The translations under genes were made by a program, and so were the position numbers. A DNA stretch of 64,000 bases from Candidatus Poribacteria bacterium (GTDB lineage: Bacteria; Poribacteria; WGA-4E; WGA-3G), in contig CBDBFU010000023.1 in assembly GCA_965205025.1 (NCBI GenBank), positions 60,455 to 124,454 on the forward strand. The letters are read 5' to 3'. Below the pieces are notes generated by a model that was given only the letters and a program-made list of their open reading frames with translations, did not search any database and was not told where the DNA came from. How positions within the stretch are numbered: position 1 is the stretch's first letter; every line of letters starts with the position of its first letter. Shown piece by piece: positions 10,741 to 21,858 of this stretch.

Positions 10741-11809
10741 CAGCGTTTGCTTTGATAACACAATAAACATCTGAGTTTTGTGATAAATTCAGTTGTTCTT
10801 TTGCACTATGTGTAATTTTCACTGATAGATGTAATCCTTCAACAATAATATTCAATATTGTCTTATCACCAACTTTCTCTATTTTATCAATACTCCCTTT
10901 TAGTGAATTACGTGCACTTATAGGGAGATTGGGTTCGAGCGATACAATTATATCTTCAGCACGAATTCCAACCGGAACAGATTCACCAATATCTTTATCA
11001 ATATAGGGTATTTTAAGAGTTTGTTTACCTATTTCTAATTCCGTAATACCTTTATATTTATCAGATTTCCTAACTGGTAATGAGAAGACATTTTCTATTC
11101 CTGTAATATTGGCAATAGGCATAGCGGATGGGGAGGTAAGTATTTGATGTGGTTGACCATTTGCAGTTATTTCCCCATCTGTCAATACATATGCTTCATC
11201 AGCAATTGCTATTGCTTCCGAAATCATATGAGTGACATATAGAATTGGTATCTCAAACCTTTCTTTTATATGATGTAGATATGGTATGATCCTGTTTTTT
11301 AAACCTGAGTCAAGCGAAGCAAGTGGTTCATCCATAAGCAGAAGTGATGGTTCCATAGCAAGAGACCTTGCTATGGCTACTCTTTGACGTTGTCCTCCTG
11401 ATAATTGCTGGGGGTATCGTTCCAGTAGATCTCCTATCTCAAGTATATCGATAATATCTCTAATATCCTCATGCGGTTTTCGTTTTTTTCGCGATTGTCC
11501 ATATCGAATGTTATTCTCAATATTTAAATGTGGGAAAAGGTGTCCTTCCTGAAAAACATACCCAATTCTTCTTTTTTCAGGTGGGAGATTTATCCGTAAA
11601 TTTGATGAGTAAAGTTTACGTTCCTGAAATACAATTTCACCTTGATCTGGACTTACAATTCCACTAATGCAATTTAGAAGTGTAGTTTTACCACTTCCTG
11701 ATGCACCTAAGAAGGCTGTAACCTTTTCTTTCAGAATACTATCAATATTCAATGAAAAATTGGTAAACTTTTTTCTGAATTGGAGGATTAAGTTTGTATT
11801 GTTTGACAT
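10670..11809 (-). CDS. modC: molybdate ABC transporter ATP-binding protein
   Basis: GASGSGKT, LSGGQRQR, LMDEP, C-terminal TOBE-like region; linked to modAB. Confidence 0.9.
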   Translation of the reverse strand: MSNNTNLILQFRKKFTNFSLNIDSILKEKVTAFLGASGSGKTTLLNCISGIVSPDQGEIVFQERKLYSSNLRINLPPEKRRIGYVFQEGHLFPHLNIENNIRYGQSRKKRKPHEDIRDIIDILEIGDLLERYPQQLSGGQRQRVAIARSLAMEPSLLLMDEPLASLDSGLKNRIIPYLHHIKERFEIPILYVTHMISEAIAIADEAYVLTDGEITANGQPHQILTSPSAMPIANITGIENVFSLPVRKSDKYKGITELEIGKQTLKIPYIDKDIGESVPVGIRAEDIIVSLEPNLPISARNSLKGSIDKIEKVGDKTILNIIVEGLHLSVKITHSAKEQLNLSQNSDVYCVIKANAVNLLWQDSLDLSESVPTDHQPGH

Positions 11810-11890
11810 TATATGAAAATAGATACTTGAGACTATTTGAGAGAATCTCTTGATGACAATTAGTTTAAATATAGAATTTTAATTATCTGC

Positions 11891-12163
11891 TTAGAATAGG
11901 TCTCCATCAAAACTATCATCATATATATCCTCACTCGTTTCCTCAACTATTTCCTCCTCAGAAGAATTATCATCAAATACATCACCAAGTATTAACCTAG
12001 TCAGGAGGACATCTTCAATATCGTCATTTGGATTCGTCTCTTCAACTGTAGTTGTCCTCTCTCTTTTATGTTGTTTTTTCTTCGGTTTTCGACGGGATGA
12101 ATATACCTTCCAAATTATGAATGCAAATAATAGAATTGTTATAATTACAATAAGTTGAGTCAT
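11891..12163 (-). CDS. small membrane-anchored acidic hypothetical protein
   Basis: AAGGAGA RBS; N-terminal TM, basic patch, acidic tail. Confidence 0.6.
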   Translation of the reverse strand: MTQLIVIITILLFAFIIWKVYSSRRKPKKKQHKRERTTTVEETNPNDDIEDVLLTRLILGDVFDDNSSEEEIVEETSEDIYDDSFDGDLF

Positions 12164-12213
12164 AATTCTCCTTCATAAAATAATTATATTCTACACAAGA
12201 AAATCTCTATGGA

Positions 12214-12894
12214 TCAATCACCTTTATTAAGTCGATAAATATACCGTTCAGTTACCCATATTGCTATAAAGGCAATTATTGTAGAAATTAAAACCAATCG
12301 AAAAACAGCAGTATCATTCCCTAATTGGACAGCATCAAAGATTGATAGTGCAATCGTCTGGGTCTTACCTGGAATGTTACCAGCCACCATATATGTAGCC
12401 CCAAACTCTCCAAGAGATTTTGTAAATCCAAGTATAACTCCTCCAAGTATGCCTTTATATGCCAAAGGAAGAGTTATTGTAATAAATACCTTTAATGGAT
12501 TCGAACCGAGTGTTCGAGCAGCATTTTCCAGTTCTACAGGAACAGAAGAAATCCCCGTCATAATCCCTCTTACCAACAGTGGAAACGAGATAATTGAAAC
12601 AGCAATAACCACGGCTATAGGAGAAAATACGATATTATGTTTCAGTATACTATATAATACACTTCCAATTGGACCTTGTTTACTTAAGAGAATTAACAGT
12701 AGGTATCCACTCACCACTGGAGGAAGGACTAATGGAGACATGACAATTGTATTTAGCAATGTCTTTCCAATAAAATCTCGTTTAACCAGTAGCCATCCAA
12801 AAAATAGTCCGGGTGGTAACATTATTATCAGACTAAGCAATGCGACCTTTACTGATAGTGTTAGTGCCGCAATTTCTATAGATGTAATCCTCAT
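12214..12894 (-). CDS. modB: molybdate ABC transporter permease
   Basis: PLVLPPVVSG, AARTLG, SLGEFGAT..VAGNIPGKTQT. Confidence 0.95.
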   Translation of the reverse strand: MRITSIEIAALTLSVKVALLSLIIMLPPGLFFGWLLVKRDFIGKTLLNTIVMSPLVLPPVVSGYLLLILLSKQGPIGSVLYSILKHNIVFSPIAVVIAVSIISFPLLVRGIMTGISSVPVELENAARTLGSNPLKVFITITLPLAYKGILGGVILGFTKSLGEFGATYMVAGNIPGKTQTIALSIFDAVQLGNDTAVFRLVLISTIIAFIAIWVTERYIYRLNKGD

Positions 12895-12913
12895 TCTTTA
12901 TATGAATTTGATA

Positions 12914-13702
12914 TTATTGTGACAACTCAGAAGTTAGACTGGTAAAACCGTAGCGTCTAAATATATCTGACGCGAATTCTGATCTTAAATATGAAATAAA
13001 TTCCGTTGCCAATTCTTTCTGTTTTGTATTGCTGATTATAGCTGTTGGATATTTAATTTTCGAATGGGTACCGTTAGGTATGTCAAGTATGATCTTTATG
13101 TTATTACTTATTATAGCATCTGTTTGATATACTATTCCTAAATCTACATTTCTGGTTGAAACAAAGGCAAGTGTTGAGCGCACATTATTCCCAAAGATCA
13201 GCTTAGAGTATATCTTATCCCATAAATCTTGTTGAACTAATGACTCTTTTGTATATGTACCTGCAGGAACGATTCCCGGTTGTCCAATTGCAATTTTTTC
13301 AATTTTTGGATCTGTAAGGTCATTTAACTTATCAAGAGAGAGTCCATTGTCCTTATGTGTAACAACTACCAATTCATTTGTAAGTAAATCGTGTCGAGTA
13401 GTGGGATTTATGAGATTTTGCTGCTGGAGAGCATCTAACTGATGGGAACTTGCTGAAATGTATATATCTACAGATGCACCTTTCTCAATTTGTCTTTGTA
13501 ATGTTGTTGAAGCACCAAAATTGTAATATATTTTTACATTATGTTTATCAGTGAAACTACCACCAATTTCAGTTAATGCATCCTTCAAACTAATTGCTGC
13601 AAAAACAGATAGTTCGTTATGTTTATCTGATCCACATCCTAAGAATAGAATGAAGGGTATAAAAAATCCAATTGAAAAGAAAGGGATAATACCTTTGTAC
13701 AT
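12914..13702 (-). CDS. modA: molybdate ABC transporter substrate-binding lipoprotein
   Basis: Lipobox FLGC; VFAAISL, FGASTTLQRQIEKGA, VPAG.Y, GIVYQTDA. Confidence 0.9.
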   Translation of the reverse strand: MYKGIIPFFSIGFFIPFILFLGCGSDKHNELSVFAAISLKDALTEIGGSFTDKHNVKIYYNFGASTTLQRQIEKGASVDIYISASSHQLDALQQQNLINPTTRHDLLTNELVVVTHKDNGLSLDKLNDLTDPKIEKIAIGQPGIVPAGTYTKESLVQQDLWDKIYSKLIFGNNVRSTLAFVSTRNVDLGIVYQTDAIISNNIKIILDIPNGTHSKIKYPTAIISNTKQKELATEFISYLRSEFASDIFRRYGFTSLTSELSQ

Positions 13703-13948
13703 CAGATCTCATTTATCAGTTATAATAATGTGGATTTTAACAGTTTTTTTCTGTCATGTCAAGGATGACTATAATAACAATAAGTTCTATTATGCTGCAT
13801 TTCTATCTAATCTTGATACCAATATTTGTCTATGATATACTTAGATACTGACAATATTGTTATTAATTTCAATACATAGCATAAGATTAAAACCATCAAA
13901 TAATAAGGAAACCTGTTAAATCTATCTCTAACCTGTTTTATAATTTCT

Positions 13949-16406
13949 ATGAATAATCATTCATTACCAACCGAAATTACTCTATCTGAAAACAATATTC
14001 AGATTCTTGAAAATATACTTGATTGTAAAATCGATGATCTTTTAGCAGATTCTGTTTTTGATTCAAGTATAATTGAGACCTTCCTAAATAGTCACCCAAC
14101 AGATTCACTGGAAAGATATCTAACCCCACAATGGGTTATTCTTGCTGCTGGTAAAGGTACAAGAATTGATCCATCAGGTAGGATGAGTAAAACCCTTGAC
14201 ATAATGTTGGGAGAGCATAATATACTCCAACGTTCACGGCAATATCTACCGGGAAATCTACCCCATATAGTTATAATTAACAAACAGATGGCAGCTCGTA
14301 TTTCTAAAGATAAATCTCAAGAAGATCTATTAGGTATTGATGTAATACCGTGTGTTCAGGAGAAGATGAATGGAACAGGTGGAGCATTGCAAGCAGCAAT
14401 TTCAGAAATAAAAAAATCAAAAGCTGAGTGGATTGGTGTTGCATTCGGTGATGAACCTTTTTTAGACAGAAAGATCGTAGCAGGTACATTGCTTTCACAT
14501 CTATTATCAGATTCGGATATAACATTATGTGGCAAAATCCCTGAAACTGTTAAGGATAAAGGTGGTCTCTTTTTTGATGGCAAAGGGGATTTAGTATGTA
14601 CTAAAGAATGGTACGATATGACAGAAGAAGAACAAGATGAGATGTGGCATCGATTAGACAATGGGAATGCATATACCAATACTGGGATAACAATTATACG
14701 TAAAAATGAGTTATTAAAACATATAGATAAGTTGCAACCCCATGCTAACCGAAATGACGAATTACATCATGTTGATTTAATTCGTCATTTTCTATGATAA
14801 CGGACTTAAGACCAACGCATTCATTTATAAGGGTGAGGTATTATCTGGAGTAAATCGGTGGTCAAATGTGCTGGTTGGAGAAGAAGCTTTATATGTACAG
14901 ACAAGAAAATTACTCACTGCAAAAGGTATACGGGTTGACCCCTCTGCTCAAATTACGCTTGCTTATGATGACATCAATATTGGGACAGGTTGCTACCTAA
15001 TAGGGAAAGTTCATATTGGAAAGCAAGTCAAAATTGGAGATTACTGTAGACTTGAGAATGTAAATCTGAAGAGTAATACATCTGTCGGTGATTCAGTTGG
15101 ATTACAGAATGTAGAAGCAATCGACACAGTATTTGTTAATAATACATTACCATCCACAATTTCAAAGCAGGTAGATGGACTTAATACTATCAGTAACATT
15201 CATCATAGTAAGTTTGATCAAGTTTCAGTTGGTCATAATGTACAATTATCTCGAATCAATGCACATGTAACAGTAATTCCATCAAGCATACATATAGATG
15301 GCCAAAACCTTGGTGTACCATATTCTCAACCACCAACTGAAGTTCCAAATCAATTATTCAAACAGATTGTTCCATTAGATTATAGACCTGGCGTTTATAC
15401 ATTTGGAGAGAAAAAGGGTTTACCAGATTGGGAAAACCTAAGAAATCATATTGATTCGCATAGCATAGCAGAATTGATCCCACGATCTACCAGAAATCAG
15501 CAAATTCAAGAAACTATTCATAATGCAGTGTTGACTCTCTTAGATATGCGTTGTGGAAATGGTGATTATGTCATTGAATCTCTTACAGCAGAAGAAGTAT
15601 GGGGTACAATTTTTGAGATGACAAAAATTCATACAGGTAATCTTAATCCATACCATCGAGATAAGATAAAAGCACGACAGACGGCACTTGAATTGATGCC
15701 CAAATTTTGGAATGATAATTGGTTAACCCGTTTGAAACTTGTCGTGGCAGGGAATGTAATAGATTACAGTAGTTCGAGGGTTGTGGAAAAGGTGAATTCA
15801 AACCCCCGATATTTCACTGAAGCACTTAGTGCTGCAGTAGAAACTCCTTTCGCTATAGATTACTTTGACAAATTTGTAAAAAAGGTAATTGATGCACCAC
15901 CACAACAGATATTATGGCTCGCGGATAATGATGGAGAGATCATATTCGATCTTGCATTCATTCAGGATCTACTTAAATGCGGACATCAAATATGTATCGT
16001 AGGAAAAGTTGAAAATGCAAGTAACGATGTAACACTCGATGATTTGAATGACCTATCCAATTATCCTCAATTTGAGTATCTGAAGACAGCCATTCAGGAT
16101 GGAAATGTTACCCTCATCTCTTCTGGTTCTAAGACTATTGGAACGAATCTATACCGTTCTTCACCTGAATTTATTAATGCATTATTAGAATCAGACATAG
16201 TGATTTCAAAAGGACAGGGTAATTTCTTTACAACACCGGGATGGAAGAAGGATACATTCTATCTGTTAATGTCAAAAGGGGTTACGGCTGAACGTACAAC
16301 GGGTGTTGTGGCAAATAAAGATCTTCCAGTAGACGGTCTTATTTTAGCATATCTTGAAGCAGGCACAGAACGAAATAAGACACTAATGGAGCTATGTGAC
16401 TCTTGA
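13949..16406 (+). CDS. GlmU-like nucleotidyltransferase / beta-helix / ARMT1(DUF89) phosphatase fusion, split by one extra T at 14788-14791
   Basis: VILAAGKGTR and NGTGGA (N-part); removing one T gives RHFYDNGLKTNAFIYKGEVLSGVNRWSNV in frame with the 14868 ORF; GNVIDY, DNDGE, SNDVT, ISKGQGNF (DUF89). Confidence 0.75.
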
Positions 16407-17759
16407 TATTGTGAATTCCCGTTTACCTGACTTGGGTAAAGGAATTTCATCAACAAATTCTATAGATAAAGATACATCTGATCCTAAACAATCCTTGATA
16501 ACACTTTCAATAAAAGATCTTTCGTCTTCGTTCCAATCATTATCTATTACCAGCTTTAAACTACAACGATCTAATGTCTCTTGAATCAGTTGGAATTGAG
16601 AAACCCCTTTGAGATTGTAGAACTTTTGTGTGAAATAGCCACCGTGTATTAATTTCCCTTCTTTTGTTTTGAATGTTGCTGTGCTTCTACCCAACAATTC
16701 CGCAAGAATAGGTAGTTCATTTCCACATGGACACATTTCATCTGATAGACGTCCAATATCACCAATCCTATATCGAATAAAAGGCATAATATAGTTATTG
16801 AATTGCGTAATGAGAATATCTCCAGGTTGACTATATGGATCAGGACTATCTATCTCCAAATATAGGTCTCTACAGTTAATATGCATCCGTCCTTCAACAC
16901 ACTCCATTGCAATTAACCCTACCTCACGTCCCCCATACCGATTATATACCTTTGTGTTAAATACAGATTCTGCTAATGTTCTATAATGTGGGTGCAACAT
17001 CTCAGCAGAAGATATGATTCCTTGTATATCCCAATCTGGTAATAGATTATTCTCGGACAAGAACTTTGAAAATTGATATAGAGATGATGGATAGCTGAGA
17101 ATAGTAGTTGGTTTAATTTGCTGCATCTTATCGAATGTTTTCCTCATTTCCGATTCAGTAAGATGATACCCATTCAACCAATACTGATTCCGGCAAAACC
17201 GATTTATTTTCTGCTTCCAGTTTCCATTTTTAAGATCTGCTAATGACCCCCAAATTATCAATTGTGGTTCACCAAAATCCCATCCTGCCCACCGATCAAA
17301 ATAGTAAACACTCAGATTACGACAATTCCAATAATATCTATTTTGATAGAAATTGAGTGGAGTTCCAGTTGATCCACCTGTTGCATTTTTTATTCTTTCT
17401 CTCGGTTTGTATCTTGTGGAACATAACTCATCAAGATGATTTCTAATATGTTGTTTCTCAAGCGGAGGCATGAATGATAGATTAATATTTTCATCAGTTA
17501 TATATTCATATAACTGATTAAGCGTTATTCCTTCTATTAATTTCGAGTAATAAGGGGTTGATTGTTCTGCATTGTGTATAAGATAACGTAGACTGTCCAC
17601 CTGATGATGTCTAATCTCTGGATGTGATGAATTAAAAGCGTCCGATTCAAAAAGAAGAAGACTCTGATAATCTCTTCCAAAACGAAAATAATTATACGCA
17701 TTCCATGCTGTTTTTGAGAACTTTTTTTTCAATTTACGTGTTTTAGACATCATGAACAA
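16392..17759 (-). CDS. phenylacetate-CoA ligase / CapK-like adenylate-forming protein
   Basis: TGGSTGTP, YGGREVG, MPFIRYRIGD, SGKR. Confidence 0.85.
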   Translation of the reverse strand: MFMMSKTRKLKKKFSKTAWNAYNYFRFGRDYQSLLLFESDAFNSSHPEIRHHQVDSLRYLIHNAEQSTPYYSKLIEGITLNQLYEYITDENINLSFMPPLEKQHIRNHLDELCSTRYKPRERIKNATGGSTGTPLNFYQNRYYWNCRNLSVYYFDRWAGWDFGEPQLIIWGSLADLKNGNWKQKINRFCRNQYWLNGYHLTESEMRKTFDKMQQIKPTTILSYPSSLYQFSKFLSENNLLPDWDIQGIISSAEMLHPHYRTLAESVFNTKVYNRYGGREVGLIAMECVEGRMHINCRDLYLEIDSPDPYSQPGDILITQFNNYIMPFIRYRIGDIGRLSDEMCPCGNELPILAELLGRSTATFKTKEGKLIHGGYFTQKFYNLKGVSQFQLIQETLDRCSLKLVIDNDWNEDERSFIESVIKDCLGSDVSLSIEFVDEIPLPKSGKREFTISRVT

Positions 17760-17768
17760 CCGATTGTA

Positions 17769-19256
17769 TTAATTCCGTCTTCTCAGTGGATCAATTTGTG
17801 GAACATATCCTGGTGGGAGTCGGTCACTTGACGACCGTCCATCTTGGTAAAGTTGTTCAGCATCCGGATTTTCATTTTCATAAGGAGGCGTAAATTCGCG
17901 CCATTTATTACCATCAAGTGGTATATCATAACCATCCTCTTTGAACCAGTTAATCAATCTGTTTCTATATTCATTTAATACACCACCATAGCCATGATTA
18001 CCAGCAAGACTTCTATCATCAAGTTGTCCCGGTAATCGTCTAAACAACCATTCCTTTCTATCAGCAGCAGAATATATGTATTTAAATTCATCAGTCATAT
18101 ACATATATACACCTCTATTCTGGTCTGCCAATTGTCCAATAATCCCCTCTCGCTCTACATGACCGCTTGCTATATCTGCTAAGTCAAGACCACTATGGTC
18201 AGATGAAGGAGTTAAACCAGCGGCACAAAGACTGGTGGGTAAAACATCTACCAGACTTGTAGGTGTATCACACCGAATATTTGCTGAAAACCGTTGAGGA
18301 TAACGAACCAACAGAGGTATTCTGGCAGCAGCATCAAGGAATGAACGTTTACCATAGCAATCATAATCACCGAGTAATTCCCCATGATCAGAAGTATATA
18401 TAATGAGTGTGTTATCAAGTTCATCCTCATCTTCAAGATATTCAATTATTCGTCCAACTTGATAATCTATGAAAGAGATAGCAGCATAATATGCTGCACG
18501 CATTGTTCGTAACAAGTTCATATCTCGTCCTTGATCACGGTATTTATATCGATTTTGATGACGATTCCAGTATGTATATAGATGTTCATAGTCCTCAGGT
18601 AGATATGGGAGTGGCATCTCAACAGGACGATATAGTCTATTCCAAGGGACAGGTGATTCAAACGGTGGATGCGGTTTGATAAAACTGCTCCAACATAGAA
18701 ATGGTCTATCTGTATCTCTATCTGAAAGAAATTGTAGTGTTCTATCACCAACCCATTGTGTATGATGGAGTCTTTCTGGAACTTGTGATTGTTGTGGTAT
18801 ATAGTAGTATTCGCTTCTTTCACCATGGGGTGCAACAATATGGTCATAGCCATTTTCAACCAAAAACTCTGTATAATCGTCTGGTCCTGGTCCCTCTTCA
18901 GAAAAATCGCGTGTTTCATACCCCCACATTTTTTTTCGTTGTGGAGTAAAGTGCATTTTTCCGATTCCATGTGTTTGATATCCAACTTCATTGAGTAATT
19001 CCATTACGGATGGACGATCTTGTGGCATTGCGGAATTGGTTGTACAACCAGTTTCGTGTGGCCATTGACCAAGTAGAAAACTACATCGAGAAGCCACACA
19101 TACTGGTGAAGGACAATATGCGGATGTATAACTCGTTCCTTCACGTACTATTCGATCAAGTGCAGGGGTTTGAATTATTGGATTACCAAGTGCTCTAATC
19201 GTATCAAAACGTTGTTGATCAGTCATCAGAAAAAGAATATTCGGTTGTTTTGCCAT
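17769..19256 (-). CDS. sulfatase
   Basis: PNILFLMTDQQR, CVASR (CxAxR), GKMH, KPHPP, SDHG. Confidence 0.95.
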   Translation of the reverse strand: MAKQPNILFLMTDQQRFDTIRALGNPIIQTPALDRIVREGTSYTSAYCPSPVCVASRCSFLLGQWPHETGCTTNSAMPQDRPSVMELLNEVGYQTHGIGKMHFTPQRKKMWGYETRDFSEEGPGPDDYTEFLVENGYDHIVAPHGERSEYYYIPQQSQVPERLHHTQWVGDRTLQFLSDRDTDRPFLCWSSFIKPHPPFESPVPWNRLYRPVEMPLPYLPEDYEHLYTYWNRHQNRYKYRDQGRDMNLLRTMRAAYYAAISFIDYQVGRIIEYLEDEDELDNTLIIYTSDHGELLGDYDCYGKRSFLDAAARIPLLVRYPQRFSANIRCDTPTSLVDVLPTSLCAAGLTPSSDHSGLDLADIASGHVEREGIIGQLADQNRGVYMYMTDEFKYIYSAADRKEWLFRRLPGQLDDRSLAGNHGYGGVLNEYRNRLINWFKEDGYDIPLDGNKWREFTPPYENENPDAEQLYQDGRSSSDRLPPGYVPQIDPLRRRN

Positions 19257-19417
19257 AATCGTCCGTTTCCTTCATTGAAAATAGGGTATTAACAGATTTT
19301 TTTATTACTATTATGAATTGAATAAAGACTATGTTTATGGTATTATCATAAGCATTCTATGGGATATTATATCATTAATTTAGGTAGGAGTAATTAACAT
19401 TCTTCTAATCCAAACTT

Positions 19418-19612
19418 ATGTATAAGTGGTATGAGAACACGACATTATTAAACACTTTTATTCTCTTTATGGTGGTATGTATTTTTTCATATTTTTTCTT
19501 TCAATGGAAAATAGGTCTTTATCTCTTTCTCTTTTCTGGTACCGCTATAATGGTAAGGGGTGTTACTAAGATTACTATACGTATGCGAAGACGGAAGAAT
19601 AAACAAAATTAG
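19418..19612 (+). CDS. small two-TM hypothetical protein
   Basis: Two hydrophobic stretches and a basic tail; directly upstream of the oxidoreductase. Confidence 0.45.
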   Translation: MYKWYENTTLLNTFILFMVVCIFSYFFFQWKIGLYLFLFSGTAIMVRGVTKITIRMRRRKNKQN

Positions 19613-19628
19613 TCCAACAGGAGACGCA

Positions 19629-20620
19629 GTGAAACGAAGATCTTTCATCAAATTAGCAGCAATCAGTTCTGCTGGATGGTATTGCCGATAAAGTTAGAAA
19701 CATTGGCTAATGAAAATCCATTGCTAAAACCACTCACACTAATTACACCTAATGACCAGTTCTACATACTTCAGATTGGTAAACCAGCGCAAATCGAAGA
19801 AAATAATTGGCGTTTGGCAGTGACTGGAATGATAGAAAAAATGGTTGCACCATTCACCTTGGATTCAATCAAGGCTATGGAATCAGTAGAAACAATGCGT
19901 ACTTTAAAATGTATTGGAGATCCCATTGGAACTGAACAAATGAGTAATGCGATGTGGAAGGGAATACGTTTAAAAGATGTATTAGAGAAAACAGGTATAA
20001 AAGACGGTGTTAAGGTAGTCGTTTTTATATGTGCAGATGGGTATCATACCGCTATACCTTTAGAGGATGCAATTCGAGAAGACACGATTCTTGCCTATGA
20101 AATGAATGGCGAACCGCTGCCAATCGAACACGGGTATCCATTACGGTTATTAAACCCAGGACATTATGGAACCAAGAATCCAAAATGGATTGTTAACATA
20201 CAATTAGCCGCTGAACACGAAAGTTATTGGGAGAAAAGAGGATGGGATCCTGTAGCCAACATAAAATTGGCCACAGTGATTGGAACCCCTTCACCGGATC
20301 AGAAGATTGTTGCCGGTTCTGAATTCATCGTAAGTGGTGCTGCTTTTGATGGTGGACATCATGACGGTATTAAAATGATTGAAGTCAGTATTGATTATGG
20401 TGAAACTTGGTATGAAGCTGAGATTTGGGCAAAAGATTCTCCTCTTGCATGGGTGTTGTGGAAATGGGTTTGGGATGTGCCAAAAGATACTGGACCTGTA
20501 GAGATTTATGCCAGAGCCACGACAAATAGTGGTATAACTCAAGATGAAATTGGAATAACCGCTGATCCTGTCGATGCAATAGGATATCATACAGTTGATG
20601 CTATGGTAGTTGATCCATAG
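19629..20620 (+). CDS. Tat-exported sulfite oxidase family molybdopterin oxidoreductase (one base missing near 19675)
   Basis: AGGAGA RBS + GTG 19629 gives MKRRSFIKLAAISSAG (twin-Arg) one frame off the ORF from 19676; TLKCIG, LAYEMNGEPLPIEHGYPLRL, PGHYG.K.PKW. Confidence 0.85.
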
Positions 20621-20685
20621 TTAGGACTAACAACTTTCTTACAAACAGATCGAATCATCTTTATCCTGTCATAGATTTGTACTAA

Positions 20686-21858
20686 ATGCAGTTAAAATCC
20701 AGTCACCTAATAATCATCTATTTTCCTGCCCTTTTTATTGATTATGCATTTGGTAGTGTTCTCAGTAATTCATCCTTTTATTCAAGCTATCTGACATTTT
20801 CCTCATCATTTTTTGGCATTTTAGTAGCGGTTGCAACAGCGTGTTATACATTGCTTGCGATTCCGATGGGTAAATTATCCGATCGTATAGATCGCCGTAA
20901 GATGCTATACGCTGGGTGTCTCCTTCTTGCTATTGTAGGTCTGCTACTCCCCTACTGTAACACAAGACTACATCTTTTAGTTATATTTCCTTGTATTGGT
21001 ATCAGTATGTCTCTGTTTTGGCCAGCTTATGAAGCCTGGCTTGCTGAACGTGAAAGTGAAGGTAAACTTTTACACCGAATCATGCTCTTTAATTTATTCT
21101 GGAGTACGGGTCTAACGCTGGGACCAGCATTTTCAGGTTATTTATACCAAGATTCAAATCCTTTCAGACCTTTTTACTTATCATCTCTATTTGGTATTAT
21201 AACAATTGGTGTAATAACAATCTGTAAATCGAATCAACCTTATGAAAACTCATCCGAAGACAGTAATACCCAACAAACATTGTTTCCTTCTGCCAATATA
21301 CGAAATAGTTATCTGAACATTGCAAGGTGTGCAAATTTCGCTTCTTATTTTACTTTAGGAGTGTTGCGATGGTTATCACCTAAATTGACAAAGGAAATGG
21401 GTATACCCCCATCAATGTTTGGAAACATGATGCTTGCTCTTGGTGGAATTCAACCGATTGTATTTCTCTTTCTTGGTACAGGTTATTCAACTCGGTGGCA
21501 CTACCGTCTAAATCCATTAATTGTAGTCCAATTACTATCTATAGTTAGTTTGTTAAGTATTGGAATGATTCAAAACAACTATATATGGATATTCGCCTTC
21601 ATAGTAATAGGTATATCTGTTGCCTTTACTTATTTTAATAGTCTGTATTACGGATTAGATAGACATGATGATATGGGAAATAAAAGTGGATGGCATGAAG
21701 CTATTTTAGGTTTGGGTAGTCTATTAGGACCACTGTTGGGAGGCTATATATCTGATTCTAAATATGGAACTCAGAGTCCATATATATTATGTGCTGGTGT
21801 TATCTGCATTTCAATCTTGGTTGAGATATTAATCAGACCTAAGAATCAAGATGTATAA
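20686..21858 (+). CDS. MFS transporter
   Basis: GKLSDRIDRRK motif A; about 12 hydrophobic segments. Confidence 0.9.
   Translation: MQLKSSHLIIIYFPALFIDYAFGSVLSNSSFYSSYLTFSSSFFGILVAVATACYTLLAIPMGKLSDRIDRRKMLYAGCLLLAIVGLLLPYCNTRLHLLVIFPCIGISMSLFWPAYEAWLAERESEGKLLHRIMLFNLFWSTGLTLGPAFSGYLYQDSNPFRPFYLSSLFGIITIGVITICKSNQPYENSSEDSNTQQTLFPSANIRNSYLNIARCANFASYFTLGVLRWLSPKLTKEMGIPPSMFGNMMLALGGIQPIVFLFLGTGYSTRWHYRLNPLIVVQLLSIVSLLSIGMIQNNYIWIFAFIVIGISVAFTYFNSLYYGLDRHDDMGNKSGWHEAILGLGSLLGPLLGGYISDSKYGTQSPYILCAGVICISILVEILIRPKNQDV

Noticed and set aside
14795-14797. TGA ending the 13949 ORF as possible Sec
   Set aside because: Immediately followed by TAA; homology continues in another frame, so this is a frameshift.
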